NCBI GenBank assembly: GCA_963781425.1
Contig: CAWAGX010000015.1
Location: 133,262-197,261 of the forward strand
Source of the DNA: an uncultured Actinomycetes bacterium
GTDB taxonomy: Bacteria; Actinomycetota; Acidimicrobiia; IMCC26256; PALSA-610
DNA: 64,000 nt
Direction of reading: 5' to 3'
Within the stretch, counting starts at the first letter, position 1; each line of letters begins with the position of its first letter. Positions 44,840 through 56,912 of the stretch are shown one piece after another. Below the pieces are notes generated by a model. That model was not told where the DNA came from, searched no databases, and was given only the letters and a program-made list of their open reading frames with translations. The translations under genes were made by a program, and so were the position numbers.

Positions 44840-45408
44840 GGTGTTCGGGGGCTTTGATGGTCCGAAGGGACGTCCCGGTTCCCGAGGATGTCGGCGAGCG
44901 CGGCGCGCCCGCGGGCGATTCGGGAGCGGACCGTGCCCGGCGGCACTCCGAGCACGTCGGCGATCTCGGCGTAGTCCATGCCCACGAGGTCGCGCAGCGC
45001 GACCGCGGCCCGGTACTCGGGGCTCAGCTGGGCGAGCGCGGCGTCGATGTCGAGCCGGTCGGCGAGCTGGCTGTCGGCCGGGACGCCGTCGTGGGCGCGG
45101 TCCACGAGCGTCTCGGTGGGGCGGGGCCGGCGGTTGCGCCGCCGAGCCTCGTCGAGCGCGGCGTTGGTGGCGACGCGGTAGCACCAAGTCGAGAAGCGCG
45201 ACCGACCGTCGAACGACTGGATCTTGCGCGCGATCGACAGCAACGCTTCCTGCGTTGCGTCGAGCGCATCGTCGGGATTGCCGAGCACCCGGCGGCAGAC
45301 CCCGTGGATGAGCGAGACATGCCGGCGCAGGAGCTCGTCGAGCGCCGAGGCGTCACCACGCGCGGCCCGCGCCGCGAGCGCGTTGTCGTCGTGAGCCTCG
45401 CCCGGCAC
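44836..45408 (-). CDS. sigM: ECF sigma factor, SigM-like
   Basis: DALDATQEA, FDGRSRFSTWCYRVATN, YAEIADVLGVPPGTVRSRIARGR; murJ-sigM-trxB synteny. Confidence 0.88.
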   Translation of the reverse strand: MPGEAHDDNALAARAARGDASALDELLRRHVSLIHGVCRRVLGNPDDALDATQEALLSIARKIQSFDGRSRFSTWCYRVATNAALDEARRRNRRPRPTETLVDRAHDGVPADSQLADRLDIDAALAQLSPEYRAAVALRDLVGMDYAEIADVLGVPPGTVRSRIARGRAALADILGNRDVPSDHQSPRTP

Positions 45409-45416
45409 GACGCCGA

Positions 45417-46256
45417 TCAGCCGGGCCGTTGTATGTACGCGACCCCGATGACACGCGGACCGGTGTGCACGCCGATCACCGGTCCGATGGTGCCGACGAC
45501 GACCTCGGCACCGGGCACCTTCGGCTCGAGCAGCTCGACGAACTCGTCGACGTCGGGCGCCATCGCATGCAGCACGCTGATCGCCTCGACGCGGCCCTCC
45601 GGGATGCGGTCGATGATGAATCGCAGTGCCTTGGAGCGCGTCCGCACACGACCCGCGGGCTCGACCGCGCCGTCGGTCACGGAGATCACGGGCTTGATCG
45701 AGAGCATCGAGCCGAGCAACGCCTGCGCGCCGCCGATGCGGCCACCCTTGCGCAGGTACTCGAGCGTGTCGAGCGCCGCGAACACGTGCTGACGGTCACG
45801 CCGGTCCTCGACCTCGCGCACGATCTCGTCGACCCCGGCACCGTCACGCGCGCGCCGCGCCGCGTACACGACGAGGTTGCCGATGCCCATCGACGCGCTC
45901 TTCGAGTCGATGATCTCGACGGGAGTCTGGCCCTCGAGAGCTTTGGCGGCGAGCTGCGCGGACTGCATCGTCGCCGAGAGGCTCGCGGAAAGGTTGATGC
46001 ACACGATGCCGTCGGCGCCGTCGTCGGACAGGTTGCGGAACGTCTCCTCGAATGCACCGACCGACGGTGCCGCGGTCTCCGGCAGCACGGAGGAGGCCTG
46101 GAGCTCGCGCCAGAACCCCTCGGTGCTCAGCTCCTTGCGATCCACGTACTCCCGCTCGCCGAACCGAATCGTCAGCGGCACGACCTCGACGCCGAGCTCC
46201 GCACATGCCGGCTCGGGAAGGTCGCAGGCGCTGTCGGTGACGATTCGTACGGGCAT
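45417..46256 (-). CDS. DegV family fatty-acid-binding protein
   Basis: IVTDSACDL, LSATMQSA, IIDSKSASMG, LRKGGRIG, VIGVHTGP. Confidence 0.93.
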   Translation of the reverse strand: MPVRIVTDSACDLPEPACAELGVEVVPLTIRFGEREYVDRKELSTEGFWRELQASSVLPETAAPSVGAFEETFRNLSDDGADGIVCINLSASLSATMQSAQLAAKALEGQTPVEIIDSKSASMGIGNLVVYAARRARDGAGVDEIVREVEDRRDRQHVFAALDTLEYLRKGGRIGGAQALLGSMLSIKPVISVTDGAVEPAGRVRTRSKALRFIIDRIPEGRVEAISVLHAMAPDVDEFVELLEPKVPGAEVVVGTIGPVIGVHTGPRVIGVAYIQRPG

Positions 46257-46317
46257 GGCTCTCCTCACGCAACGATCGGTCGTCGGGATGCGATCCCGTT
46301 GGACTCCATCGCGGCCT

Positions 46318-47956
46318 TCATGGTGACACGTCTGCGGGATCTTTCGCGCGGCGCCGCACGAGGCCGACGACCGCGCCGAGCTCCTCGGAGTGCATGAGCA
46401 CGAGGACGCCGAGATAGGCGAGCGCACCGGCAGCCCCTGCGACCACCGTGGCGACCACCGCCCGGCCCGCCGAAGCCGATCCGATCGCGCTCGCGAGCGC
46501 GATCGCGACGATCGCGAGCACCAGCGCCGCGAGCAGGGCCCGCGCCACTGCACCGCGAACGCCGGCGTCCGGCACCTGCCCGATGCGGCGTCGCAGGGCC
46601 GCAAGCGCAGCGAACGCGGAGACGGTGTACGCGATGCTCCAGGCAAGCGCCAACCCCTGGACCCCGAGCGATGGGAACAGCACGAGCGCGAGGCAGACGT
46701 TGATCGCGTTCTCGATGCAGTTGAGGACGAACGGCGTGCGAGTGTCGTGCAACGCGTAGAACCCGCGCATCGCATAGAGGTACACCGAGAACGGCACGAG
46801 GCTCACCGCGAACAGCTGCAACGTGTCGCCGGTGACATGTGCACTGTGCTCGCTGAACCTGCCGCCCACGGTCAGTACGCCGACGATCGGCTGCGCCAGC
46901 ACTGCAAACAGGACCGACGCCGGCAACATCAACACGATGAGATAGCGCAAACCGAGGTTGAAGTCGCGCCGCATTCCGGGCCTGTCGCCGGCGGCGGCGC
47001 GGCGTGCGAGCTCGGGCGTCAGCGTCGTCATCAAGGACACGGCAATCAGACCGTACGGCAGCACATAGAACGTGAAGGCGTAGACGTACGCGGTGACGTC
47101 GCCCTTGTCGCCGGTCTTCGCGAGCACGAGCACGAAGAGCTGAGCGACCTGGTTCGTGCCGACGTAGCCGAGCGTCCAGCCCGAGAGTCGCACCATGGTG
47201 CGCACGCCCGCGTCTCGCCACGCGAACACCGGGCGCAGATGGACACGGGTTCGGCGCAGGCCGGGAACGAGCGCGAGCGCCATCGCGACGATTCCCGCGG
47301 TCGTGCCGATGCCGAGCAGCAACAGCAGGCCTTGCTCGTCGCGCAGCCGGGATGCATCGGTCCAGCTCCGGCCGTGTGACGTGCGGGATGCGAAGACGGC
47401 CAGCACGATCACGACGACGATGTTGTTCAGCACGGGTGCGTATGCCGCGGCGACGAATCGCCGGTGCGCGTTCAGCAGCGCCGTTGACAGGGCGGTGAAG
47501 CCGTAGAACACCATCTGCGGCAAGAAGCACAGTGTCAGCACGGTGAGGACGTGCACTTGCGCGGCGCGCTCCGCGCCGCTGGTGTTGATCGAGAAAAGAC
47601 GCGCGATGAGCGGTGTGCATGCCATCGCGACGAGCGTGAACGCAGTGATGACCGTCAACGTGATCGTGAAGACGGCCGAGGTCGAGCGGTCGTCGTGGGT
47701 TTCGGCGTGGCGCACGAAGATCGGCACGATCGTGGCCGCCAGGATGCCGCCGAGCAGCAACTCGTAGACGATGTTCGGCGTCGTGTTGGCGAGGTTGTAG
47801 GCGTCGGCGAGGCTCCCGCCCCCGACGGCCCATGCGAGCGCGCCGACGCGCACGAGGCCGGTGAGACGCGACAAGAGCGTGCCCGTCGCGACGGCGGCGC
47901 TCGAACGCGCGAGGCCGGCGCGGCCGGTCGTGCGTTGTCGTTCCCGGCTCGCTCAC
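46318..47956 (-). CDS. murJ: Lipid II flippase MurJ (MviN); frameshift near the 5' end
   Basis: LSRLTGLVR, DAYNLANTTPNIVYELLLGG, APVLNN, FYALHDTRTPF; many TM helices. Confidence 0.93.
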
Positions 47957-47957
47957 G

Positions 47958-49980
47958 TCACGGCGGGAACCGCCCGGCGCCGGGCGCCGGCGCGTGCGGC
48001 GATAGTGATTCGCCCACCATCCCGCGAGGAAGACGAGCGCGCCGATGGTCAGTGCCGAGCGCGAACCCGCCGAACACCGCCGACCGCACGGTGACGCGCG
48101 CCTCCTGACCGAATCGGAGCTGATCGTCTACGGACGTCAACACGATCGTCATCGGGAAGGTCCCCGAGGTGCGTGCTTCGACGACGAAGGGATCGCGCAG
48201 CGTCGTGCGGCCCGGAGGCAGCTCGATCACCGGTTCGGGACCGAGAGGGAACAGGAGCTTGGCGCTGTCGAGGTGCACCTTCACCTTGATGCTGTGCGAC
48301 AGCTTGTTCTCGAAGGTGATCGGCACCTTGGCACGGCGCGACGTCAGCGTGACGCGCTTGGCGTCGACGGTCACCGCGTTCGTGAACGCCGTGACGGCCG
48401 TGTTGATGCGTGCGAGCTCGGCACGTGCACGGTCAGGTGTGATCGCGGTCGAAAGGGCGTTCAGGAGAGCCTGCTCGCCGTTGACGACGACGGGGTCCTT
48501 GGGGCTGGAGACCGCGCGGTATGCGTCGAGCTCCTGCTGCGCAGCGACGTACTCCTCGACCGTGATCGGTGTCGGCGGGGGTGTTCCCAGTGCAAGGCGG
48601 CGTTCGACGTCGACGCCGTTGACGCGTTCGGTGGAGATGTGCGCGAAGAGGTCGTTCAGGGTGACCGGTTGCACCAGCGGGAAGTCCCGGAGGGCACCCA
48701 CGAGCGTGGTGAGGGTCGCGAGCTCGGGCTTCCACGAGGTCGGCGCGGTCAGCACGACGCCACGCGGGATCGCGGGCGTCTCGTATGCGACCTCGGCGAG
48801 CGCGGCGATCACGCGTTGCGCCTTGAGCGCGCTCGAATCCGGTCCCACGAGGAGCTTTTCGATGAAAGGTGCGGTCGCGAGGCCGCGCGACGTTCCCGCC
48901 GGCGTCGCCAGCGTGAACGCCTGCGCAGGCGTGAACGGGTGCTCCACCGGTCGGAGCGCCGCATCGCGCACGGCCACGCGAGTCACGAGCATCGAGCGCA
49001 GTCGGTCGACAGCCGCGTCGTCGGCGGGATCGACGAAGGACGTCCGTGCGTCATCGACGGGTGCGGCACCCAACACCTTCCGCAGGGTGTCGTCGCCTTT
49101 CACCACGAGCTCGGGGAGCTTGTCGCCGAAACCGGCTGCCTCGAGCGCGGGGATGTCGACCGGCACGTAGGGCGTGGGAAGGAGCTCGGTGCCGGACCGT
49201 CGCGCCGCGGCCCGGACACGCGCGAGGCCGCGGGCGAGTCGCGGGTCCTTCTCGGCGAGCTGGGACCACGTCTCGACGGTCTCGGGACCGATGGTCAACG
49301 AGAGAGGGAAGCCGGTGCTGCGCCCGAGCAAGGTGGCGATGCGGTCGAGCCTTCCACCCGGCTGCATCTCCTTCGCGATCACGGGATCGACCGTGCCGTC
49401 GGGGAGCTGCGCCGGATTGGCGACGAGTGGCCAGATCTGCGACACCATGAGTGGCTCGGCGATCGGTTTCGGCAGCGTCGTCGACGACGACGAGCCAGGT
49501 GATGAACGAGCTCGTCGGGATGCCGGTGTTCGTGTTCGTCAACGAGACCTCGACCGGGTACACGCCGTGTTCCCGTATGCCGATCGTCGGCGTGACGCCG
49601 GACCCGGTGAGCCCGATCGTGACCGCGAGCTTGCCGCCGAGACGAGGCAGGCTCGCCACCGGCAGGGTCAACGTGTACAGCCCGCCGCCGGCGTCGCCGT
49701 TCGCGATCACGTTGTCGAACGACGTCCGCGTCGTCATCGACTGGTGGATCTGGATCGCGAGCGCCGCGCTCGGGCGGGCGACCAGCGCGGCGTCGTCGAT
49801 GCCGAGCACCATGGTGAACTCGTTCCCGAGCTTCACCCAGGTGTCCTGGTACGCCAGGTGCACCCCGACCGGTGCGCCTTTCTCGCGAGGCTCCGGCGGC
49901 GTCTGGGCGTGCGCCGAAGCCGGTGCGAGCGTCACCGCGAGGAGCGCGGTCGCGACCAGGACCCGTACGAGCGATCTCAC
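47958..49980 (-). CDS. DUF6049-like secreted/membrane-anchored protein; frameshifted
   Basis: Signal peptide AHA/Q, GVYPVEV, TLTSRRAKVPITFENKL, EARTSGTFPM, C-terminal TM; directly upstream of murJ. Confidence 0.75.
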
Positions 49981-50683
49981 AGGTCGCGTCCCAGCACGCA
50001 GAGGCCGACCGGGAGCTGCGTGAACCCGGCGCGGAGATAGAGGTCGAGTGCCCGCGTGTTGTCCTCTTGGGTGTTGACCAGTCGCACGCGTCGCGCCGTG
50101 CATCTGGAGCCATCGCATCCCGTCGCGCAGCAGCGCGCGTCCGAGGCCGCGGCCCTGGCCGTCGGGACCGACCGCGAGGCGCTGGACATATCCGGTCGTC
50201 CCGGCCCGGCCGAACAGCCCGTAGCCGAGGACGACGTCCTTCATGGAAGCGACCCGGGTGTGGGCGCGCGGGCGTCGCGCGCATGGCCTCGCGCAACGCG
50301 AGGTCGTCGAACCGCCAGAAGTCGTCGAAGGAGGCCGCGTCGACCTCGACGATCGCCTCCCGGTCGGACCGGGTCGCGCGTCGCGTCCGCCGGCTCGGGC
50401 GCGACGGCTCGCCGAGCGTGTGCTCGAGGAGGTGCAGCCGTCCTCGCACCGCGAAGCCGCTCTCGACGAGCCACACGCTGGTGCCCGGCCCCACCGCGTT
50501 GGTCAGGACCTCCCGGTAGCCGTCCTCACGCAGCCGTTCGAGCAGGCGGTCGAGCGTGCGGGGCGACGGCGTGTCCGCCCCGCGGACCGCGATCGTCGCG
50601 ATGTCGGGGCGCCCGTGCCATGTCGCGACCCGCACGACGCCGCCGCGAAACCGGTACGAATGCGCTTTCGCCTGCGCTTTCAC
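49977..50683 (-). CDS. GNAT family N-acetyltransferase; frameshifted
   Basis: YVQRLAVGPDGQGRGLGRALL, VNTQEDNTRALDLYLRAGF. Confidence 0.85.
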
Positions 50684-50719
50684 CGGAGGCGAGCGTAGCG
50701 AGGCGGGTACATTCGGGCA

Positions 50720-51721
50720 GTGCTCCTCGTCGCGACGGATCCGCGCTTCGAAGGGCACGAGCCCGGCCGCGGTCACCCGGAGCGACCGGTGCGCCTGCAT
50801 GCCGTCCTCGACGGCCTGTACAACGAGGCGACTCGCGACGCGATCCGGCTCCTCGAACCGCGCGCCGCGACACGCGCTGAGCTCGAGCGGGTGCACACCA
50901 ATGCATACCTCGGGCAGCTCCAGAGTTTCTGTGAGGCAGGAGGCGGGTCGCTCGACCCCGACACGGCCGTGTCGGCGGCCTCCTGGGAAGCAGCGTCCTA
51001 CGCGGCCGGGGCCGGGCTCGCGGCCGTCGATGCCCTCGAGCGCGGCGACGGCGATGCCGCATTCTGTGCGGTGCGGCCGCCGGGACACCACGCGGTCGCC
51101 TCTCGGGCGATGGGGTTCTGCCTCCTGAACAACATCGCAGTCACGGCCGCGTCCCTGCGCGACCGCGGCGAACGCGTGCTGATCGTCGACTGGGACGCAC
51201 ATCACGGCAACGGCACCCAGGACATGTTCTGGGCGGACCCGAACGTGCTCTACGTGTCGATGCACCAGTGGCCCCTCTATCCGGGGAGCGGCCGGCTCGA
51301 CGACCTCGGGGGCGGCCCGGGCCAGGGCGCGACGGTGAACTTCCCGCTGCCCCCGGGCGCGACCGGCGACGTCTTCCTAGCCGCGCTCGACACGGTGGTC
51401 GCACCGCTCGCGGAGCAGTTCGCACCCACCTGGGTCCTCGTATCGGCGGGGTACGACGCGCACCGGGCCGACCCGCTCACCGGGCTCGCGCTGTCGTCCG
51501 GCGACTACGCCGCGCTCACTGCCCGGGTCCTCGAGCTCGGTCCGGCCGGCCGCACCATCGTGTTCCTCGAGGGCGGATACGACCTCGACGCCCTGCGCGC
51601 GTCCGTGGAGGCGACGGTCACGACGCTCCTCGGCGTCGGTGTGCGCCCGGAGCCGCCGACGGCCGGCGGTCCCGGTCAGACGGTCGTCCATGCGGCGCGC
51701 GACCTGCACCTGCAGCGCTGA
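50720..51721 (+). CDS. Zn-dependent histone deacetylase family protein
   Basis: HPERPVRL, RPPGHHA, GFCLLNN, DWDAHHGNGTQ, SAGYDAH, LEGGY. Confidence 0.95.
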   Translation: MLLVATDPRFEGHEPGRGHPERPVRLHAVLDGLYNEATRDAIRLLEPRAATRAELERVHTNAYLGQLQSFCEAGGGSLDPDTAVSAASWEAASYAAGAGLAAVDALERGDGDAAFCAVRPPGHHAVASRAMGFCLLNNIAVTAASLRDRGERVLIVDWDAHHGNGTQDMFWADPNVLYVSMHQWPLYPGSGRLDDLGGGPGQGATVNFPLPPGATGDVFLAALDTVVAPLAEQFAPTWVLVSAGYDAHRADPLTGLALSSGDYAALTARVLELGPAGRTIVFLEGGYDLDALRASVEATVTTLLGVGVRPEPPTAGGPGQTVVHAARDLHLQR

Positions 51722-51748
51722 TTCCGGTGGAATCCCCGGGGCCGGATC

Positions 51749-51775
51749 CTCCAGACAGACGCTGGTTCTGCCGAT
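51749..51775 (+). promoter_or_regulatory. Putative sigma28 (FliA/WhiG)-type promoter
   Basis: CTCCAG-N15-GCCGAT about 90 nt upstream of pilT. Confidence 0.4.
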
Positions 51776-51861
51776 CGAGAACCCGTAGTCGGGGGATGAC
51801 GCGGGCCGAGCCACCGAGGCGGAGGCGCAACCCGAGTCGACGGAACGCAGGGAGACCGCAC

Positions 51862-52962
51862 GTGCTGGATCTCGATCAGTTGCTGCGCCAGGCCGTCGAG
51901 CGCGGCGCCTCCGACGTGCACATCAAGGTCGGATCGCCGCCCTACATTCGCGTCGACGGGCGGCTCGAGCGCACCGAGCACGCGACGGTGTCCCCCGTCG
52001 AGACCGAACGGATCGCGTTCGCGATCATGCCGAAGCAACGCGCCGAGGAGTTCATCTCTTCATCCGAGGCCGACTTCGCGTACTCCGTCTCCGGTCTCGG
52101 CCGCTTCCGCGTGAACGTCATGCGCCAGCGCGGGTCCGTCGGCCTGGTGTTGCGGCGCGTGCAGAGCGACATCCCGTCCTTCGAGAGCCTCGGGTTGCCG
52201 CCCGCTGTGCGGAAGCTCACCGACCATCAACGGGGTCTGATCCTCGTGACGGGCCCGACCGGTTCGGGCAAGACCACGACGCTCGGCACGATGATCGACT
52301 TCATCAACGAGCGCTACAACAAGCACATCGTGACGATCGAGGACCCGATCGAGATCCTGCACGCCGACAAGTGCTCGATCGTGAACCAGCGGGAGGTCGG
52401 TACCGACACCGCCGACTTCAACGCCGCGCTCAAGCGCGTGCTGCGCCAGGACCCCGACGTGATCCTCGTCGGCGAGATGCGCGACGTCGAGACGGTGAAG
52501 ACCGCGCTCACGGCCGCCGAGACCGGGCACCTCGTGTTCTCGACGCTCCACACGATCAGCGCGACCGACTCGATCAACCGCATCATCGACTTCTTCCCGC
52601 CGCACGAGCAGCGGCAGGTGCGCATGTCGCTCGGCGCGTCGCTGCGCGGCATCGTCAGCCAGCGCCTCGTCGAGAAGCGGACCGGCGGCCGGGTGCCCGC
52701 GGTCGAGGTGCTGGTCGCGACCGGGCGGGTCTTCGACAAGATCGTCACGCCCGAGGAGACCCACGAGATCGAACAGATCATCGCCGAGGGCGAGTACTAC
52801 GGCATGCAGACGTTCGATCAGAGCCTGCTCGCTCTCTACAAGCAGGGCCTGATCGACCTCCGCGAGGCGCTCGCCGCATCGACCACGCCGCACGACCTCC
52901 GGCTGATGATCGAGCAGTACACGATGGAGGAAGCGGCCGAGAAGGCCGCGGCGGCCACGTAG
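51862..52962 (+). CDS. pilT: Type IV pilus retraction ATPase, PilT/PilU family
   Basis: ASDVHIKVG, GPTGSGKTTT, TIEDPIE, LRQDPDVILVGEMRD, AETGHLVFSTLHT, GMQTFDQ. Confidence 0.92.
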   Translation: MLDLDQLLRQAVERGASDVHIKVGSPPYIRVDGRLERTEHATVSPVETERIAFAIMPKQRAEEFISSSEADFAYSVSGLGRFRVNVMRQRGSVGLVLRRVQSDIPSFESLGLPPAVRKLTDHQRGLILVTGPTGSGKTTTLGTMIDFINERYNKHIVTIEDPIEILHADKCSIVNQREVGTDTADFNAALKRVLRQDPDVILVGEMRDVETVKTALTAAETGHLVFSTLHTISATDSINRIIDFFPPHEQRQVRMSLGASLRGIVSQRLVEKRTGGRVPAVEVLVATGRVFDKIVTPEETHEIEQIIAEGEYYGMQTFDQSLLALYKQGLIDLREALAASTTPHDLRLMIEQYTMEEAAEKAAAAT

Positions 52963-53026
52963 TTCGGGGTCGCGCGCGCCCGTGCGACTGCATTCGAACC
53001 CAGGGTGGCGCGCCGTTGCCGCGAGA

Positions 53027-54429
53027 ATGGGCGCTGTGACCGTCATTCCGCCGCGCCTCGAGCGCTTCTTCGTGCCTGATTCACCGACGCAGCAGCTTGC
53101 GGCGCGGCTCGCCAAGGGCGGGTACCGCGCCTACCTCGTCGGCGGCAGCGTGCGCGACGCCTTGCTCGACCGCGACGACGTCGACATCGACATCGCGACC
53201 GACGCCCGACCCGATGCGATCGAAGCCGCGGTGCGCCCGTGGGCCGACGCGGTGTGGCTGCAGGGCCAGCGGTTCGGCACGGTCGGCTGCGAGAAGGACG
53301 GCGAGCGGTTCGAGATCACGACGTTCCGCGCCGATGTGTACCGGCCCGAGAGCCGCAAGCCGGAGGTGACGTTCTCCGACGACATCGTGACCGATCTGTC
53401 GCGACGGGACTTCACCGTGAACGCGATGGCGATCGCGCTCGACGACCCCACGCTCGTCGATCCCTTCGACGGACTGCCCGACCTCGCGGCCCGCCGGTTG
53501 CGCACGCCGCTGTCGCCCGAGGTGTCCTTCGAGGACGATCCGCTGCGCATGCTGCGCGCGGCGCGCTTCGTGGCGACCCTGGGCTTCGAACCCGACGCCC
53601 GAGATCGTCGCCGCGATCGGCAACATGCACGATCGGCTCTAGATCGTGAGCGCGGAACGCATTCGCGACGAGCTGTCGAAGCTGCTCCTCGCCGACGATC
53701 CGTCGCCGGGACTGTGGTTGACCGCCCGCACGCGACTCTCCGACGAGTTCTTGCCCGAGCTGAACGCGATGCAGCTCGAGCAGGACCCGATCCACCGTCA
53801 CAAGGACGTGCTCGCCCACACGATCGCGGTCGTCGCCAAGACCTCACCGCGTCACAAGCTGCGGCTCGCCGCGCTCATGCACGACGTCGGCAAGCCCCGC
53901 ACGCGTGGCTTCGGGCCGCAAGGCGTCACCTTCCATCATCACGAGGTCGTCGGCGCGCGCATGGCACGTGACCGCCTGCCCGCATTGCGATACCCGAACG
54001 AAGTCGTCGACGACGTGACGAAGCTCGTCGAGCTCCACTTGCGGTTTCCACACGTACCGGATGGGCTGGACCGACAGCGCAGTCCGCCGCTACGTGCGCG
54101 ACGCCGGCGACCTGCTCGACGACCTGAACGAGCTGACGCGGTGGGACTGCACGACGCGCGACGCCGCGCAAGGCCGCCGCGCTCGGGCGGCGGATGGACG
54201 AGCTCGAAGCGCGCATCGCCGAGCTGCGCGAGCAGGAAGAGCTGGCGAAGATCCGGCCGCCGCTCGACGGCCGTCAGGTGATGGAGTTCCTCGGCGTGCC
54301 GCCCGGCCCGATCGTCGGCGGGCGCTCGCGTTCCTGCTGGACCTGCGCCTCGACGAGGGGCCGATGACCGACGAGGAGGCGTACGCGCGCCTCTCGGCCT
54401 GGGCGAAGGAACAGGGAATCGCCACGTAG
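53027..54429 (+). CDS. CCA tRNA nucleotidyltransferase with HD domain; frameshifted
   Basis: LVGGSVRD, DIDIATD, RRDFTVNA, DDPLRMLRAARF, SAERIRDEL, HDVGKP, FHHHEVVGA. Confidence 0.92.
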
Positions 54430-54450
54430 CCCGGGCGCGGGAACCTCGCC

Positions 54451-55176
54451 CTAGACGCCTTCCTTGCGCGCCCGCCAGACGACCACCGTCGGCACTGCGG
54501 GCCGGGATCATCGTCGCCTGCCGGTTCCGGCTCGAGCAGCGCGTCGACGCGGTATCCGGCGCGGTGCAACGACGCGAACACGTCGGCGATCGTGCGCGGG
54601 AACACACGGATCCGCTCGTCGTCGTGTGTGACCTCGGCGGGTTGCCGGTCGAAGTACGAGCGCCGGACCTCGAGCGTGCCGAGCGGCAGCGCGCCCGGGG
54701 CTGCGCCTTCGCGTCCGACCGCGAGCGCCATCGGGTGGTCGACGGAGAACACGAACGGCGCGCCGGGCCGAAGGACACGGTGCACCTGGCGGAAGAGCCG
54801 GTCGACGTCCTCGACTTCGCCGAGCACGCCTGCGGCGAACGCGAGGTCGATCGAGTCGGCGCGCAGGAACGCGAGGTCGGCGGCGTCGCACTCGTGCCAC
54901 TCGACCCGCACCTCGGCCGCGTCGGCGAGCTTGCGAGCCAGCGCGAGCTGTGCGGCCGAGCGATCGAGCGCGATGACGTGCGCGCCGTTGCCTCGTGAAC
55001 GCGATGGCGTTCTCGCCGCTGCCGCAGCCGAGGTCGAGCACCCGCTTGCCCTTCACGTCGCCGCACAGGCGGAGCTCGGCTTCGGTCGGCGCGTCGGGCG
55101 CGTACGTCACGGTGTCGACATTCGCCGCACCGCCCCGCCGCGCTGCGATGCGATCCCAGACTTCCGTGTTGGTCAC
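54451..55176 (-). CDS. Class I SAM-dependent methyltransferase; frameshifted
   Basis: [28 protein letters not shown]. Confidence 0.85.
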
Positions 55177-55195
55177 GATCGCATTATGACCCGCG

Positions 55196-56288
55196 TCACG
55201 AACCGGCGGCGAACTCCTCGACCATCCGGTGCGCTTCGTCGTCGTGGTACTGCACGCGGCGGCGACTTCATGAAGTAGGCCGACGGGCCGAGCAGCGGGC
55301 CACCGATGCCGCGGTCGAGCGCGAGCTTGGCGCACCGCACCGCGTCGATGATCACGCCGGCCGAGTTCGGCGAGTCCCACACTTCGAGCTTCAGCTCGAT
55401 GTTGAGCGGCACGTCGCCGAAGTTGCGGCCCTCCAGCCGGATGTACGCCCACTTCCGGTCGTTGAGCCACGGCACGTGATCGGACGGGCCGATGTGCACG
55501 TGCTCGGTGCTGATGCCCTGGTCGATCTGGCTCGTGACCGACTGCGTCTTGCTGATCTTCTTGGACAGCAAGCGCTCGCGCTCGAGCATGTTCTTGAAGT
55601 CCATGTTGCCGCCGAAGTTCAGCTGGTACGTGTTGTCGATCGCGAGGCCGCGGTCTTCGAACAGACGGGCGAGCAGGCGGTGGGTGATCGTGGCGCCGAC
55701 CTGGCTCTTGATGTCGTCGCCGATGATCGGCACGCCCGCCTCTTCGAACTTCTTCGCCCACTCGGGATTGCTCGCGATGAACACCGGGATCGCGTTCACG
55801 AACGCGACGCCCGCGTCGAGCGCGGCCTGCGCGTAGTGCTTCTGCGCGTCCTCGGAACCGACGGGCAGGTAGCACACGAGCACGTCGGCCCGCGCGTCGC
55901 GCAGCGCCTGCGCGACGTCGACCGGGGCGCTGGGGCTCTCCTCGACGACCTCACGGTAGAACTTGCCGAGACCGTCGAGCGTCGGGCCGCGCTGCACGAG
56001 CACGCCGAGGTCGGGGACGTCGGCGAACTTGATCGTGTTGTTGATGCTCGTGAAGATCGCCTTGCCGAGGTCGAGACCGACCTTGTCGGCGTCGACGTCG
56101 AAGGCGGCGACGAACTCGACGTCGCCGACGTGGTAGCCGCCGAGCTCCACGTGCATCAGGCCGGGGACGCGCTCGGCCGGGTCGGCGTCGCGGTAGAACT
56201 CGACGCCTTGCACGAGGCTGCTCGCGCAGTTGCCGACGCCGGCGATCGCGACGCGGACCTTCTTGCGGGGGGTGGTGGGGGAAGTCAT
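55196..56288 (-). CDS. ino1: myo-Inositol-1-phosphate synthase; frameshift near the 3' end
   Basis: [55 protein letters not shown]. Confidence 0.96.
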
Positions 56289-56904
56289 GCGGATGCTCCT
56301 TCGGGTCGGTCGCCGAGCTGTTCTGCGCGCTCTTGCGCGATCAGCTCGTCGATCCACTCGAGATCGTGTTGGGTGGACCGGGCCCGGTGCTCGAGGAGCG
56401 ACCGGGTGTAGCGGTCGATTGTTCGCGTGGCGGGCTTGCGGTCGGCGGCGAGGCGCTGGGTGAGCTGCGCCCGGCGGCGCTCGAGAAACGCGAGGCGGGC
56501 GGCGGGGTCGAGGTAACGGCAGAACGAGAGCTTCAGCGCGAAGGCGCGGTCGTCGTCGCCCGACTCGTCGGTGAGCAGCTCGGCGAACAGGGCGCGGCCG
56601 CGATCGGTGATCGCGTAGGCCTTGCGGGTGCGGCGCGTCGGGCGCGCGCGCCGGCGCTGCCGGGCGGCGGCGAGGTCGCCCGTGAGCGAGCCGGTGGGGA
56701 CGAAGCCCGCGCCCGCGGCCCGGCGCCGGCGTCCTCGTCGACCTCTTCGATCGCGCCGGCCCGCTCCAGGCGGCGCAGCGCCGGGTAGAGCGACCCGAAC
56801 GAGATGCCCCAGAGCGGGCCGAGCGTCTCGGACAGCCGCTTCTTCAGCTCGTAGCCGTGGCGCGGTTGCTCGGCGAGCAGACCCAGGACGGCGAGCTCCA
56901 ACAT
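56285..56904 (-). CDS. PadR-family regulator (Rv0047c-like); frameshift near 56730
   Basis: [31 protein letters not shown]; coupled to ino1. Confidence 0.9.
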
Positions 56905-56912
56905 GTGCTCCA

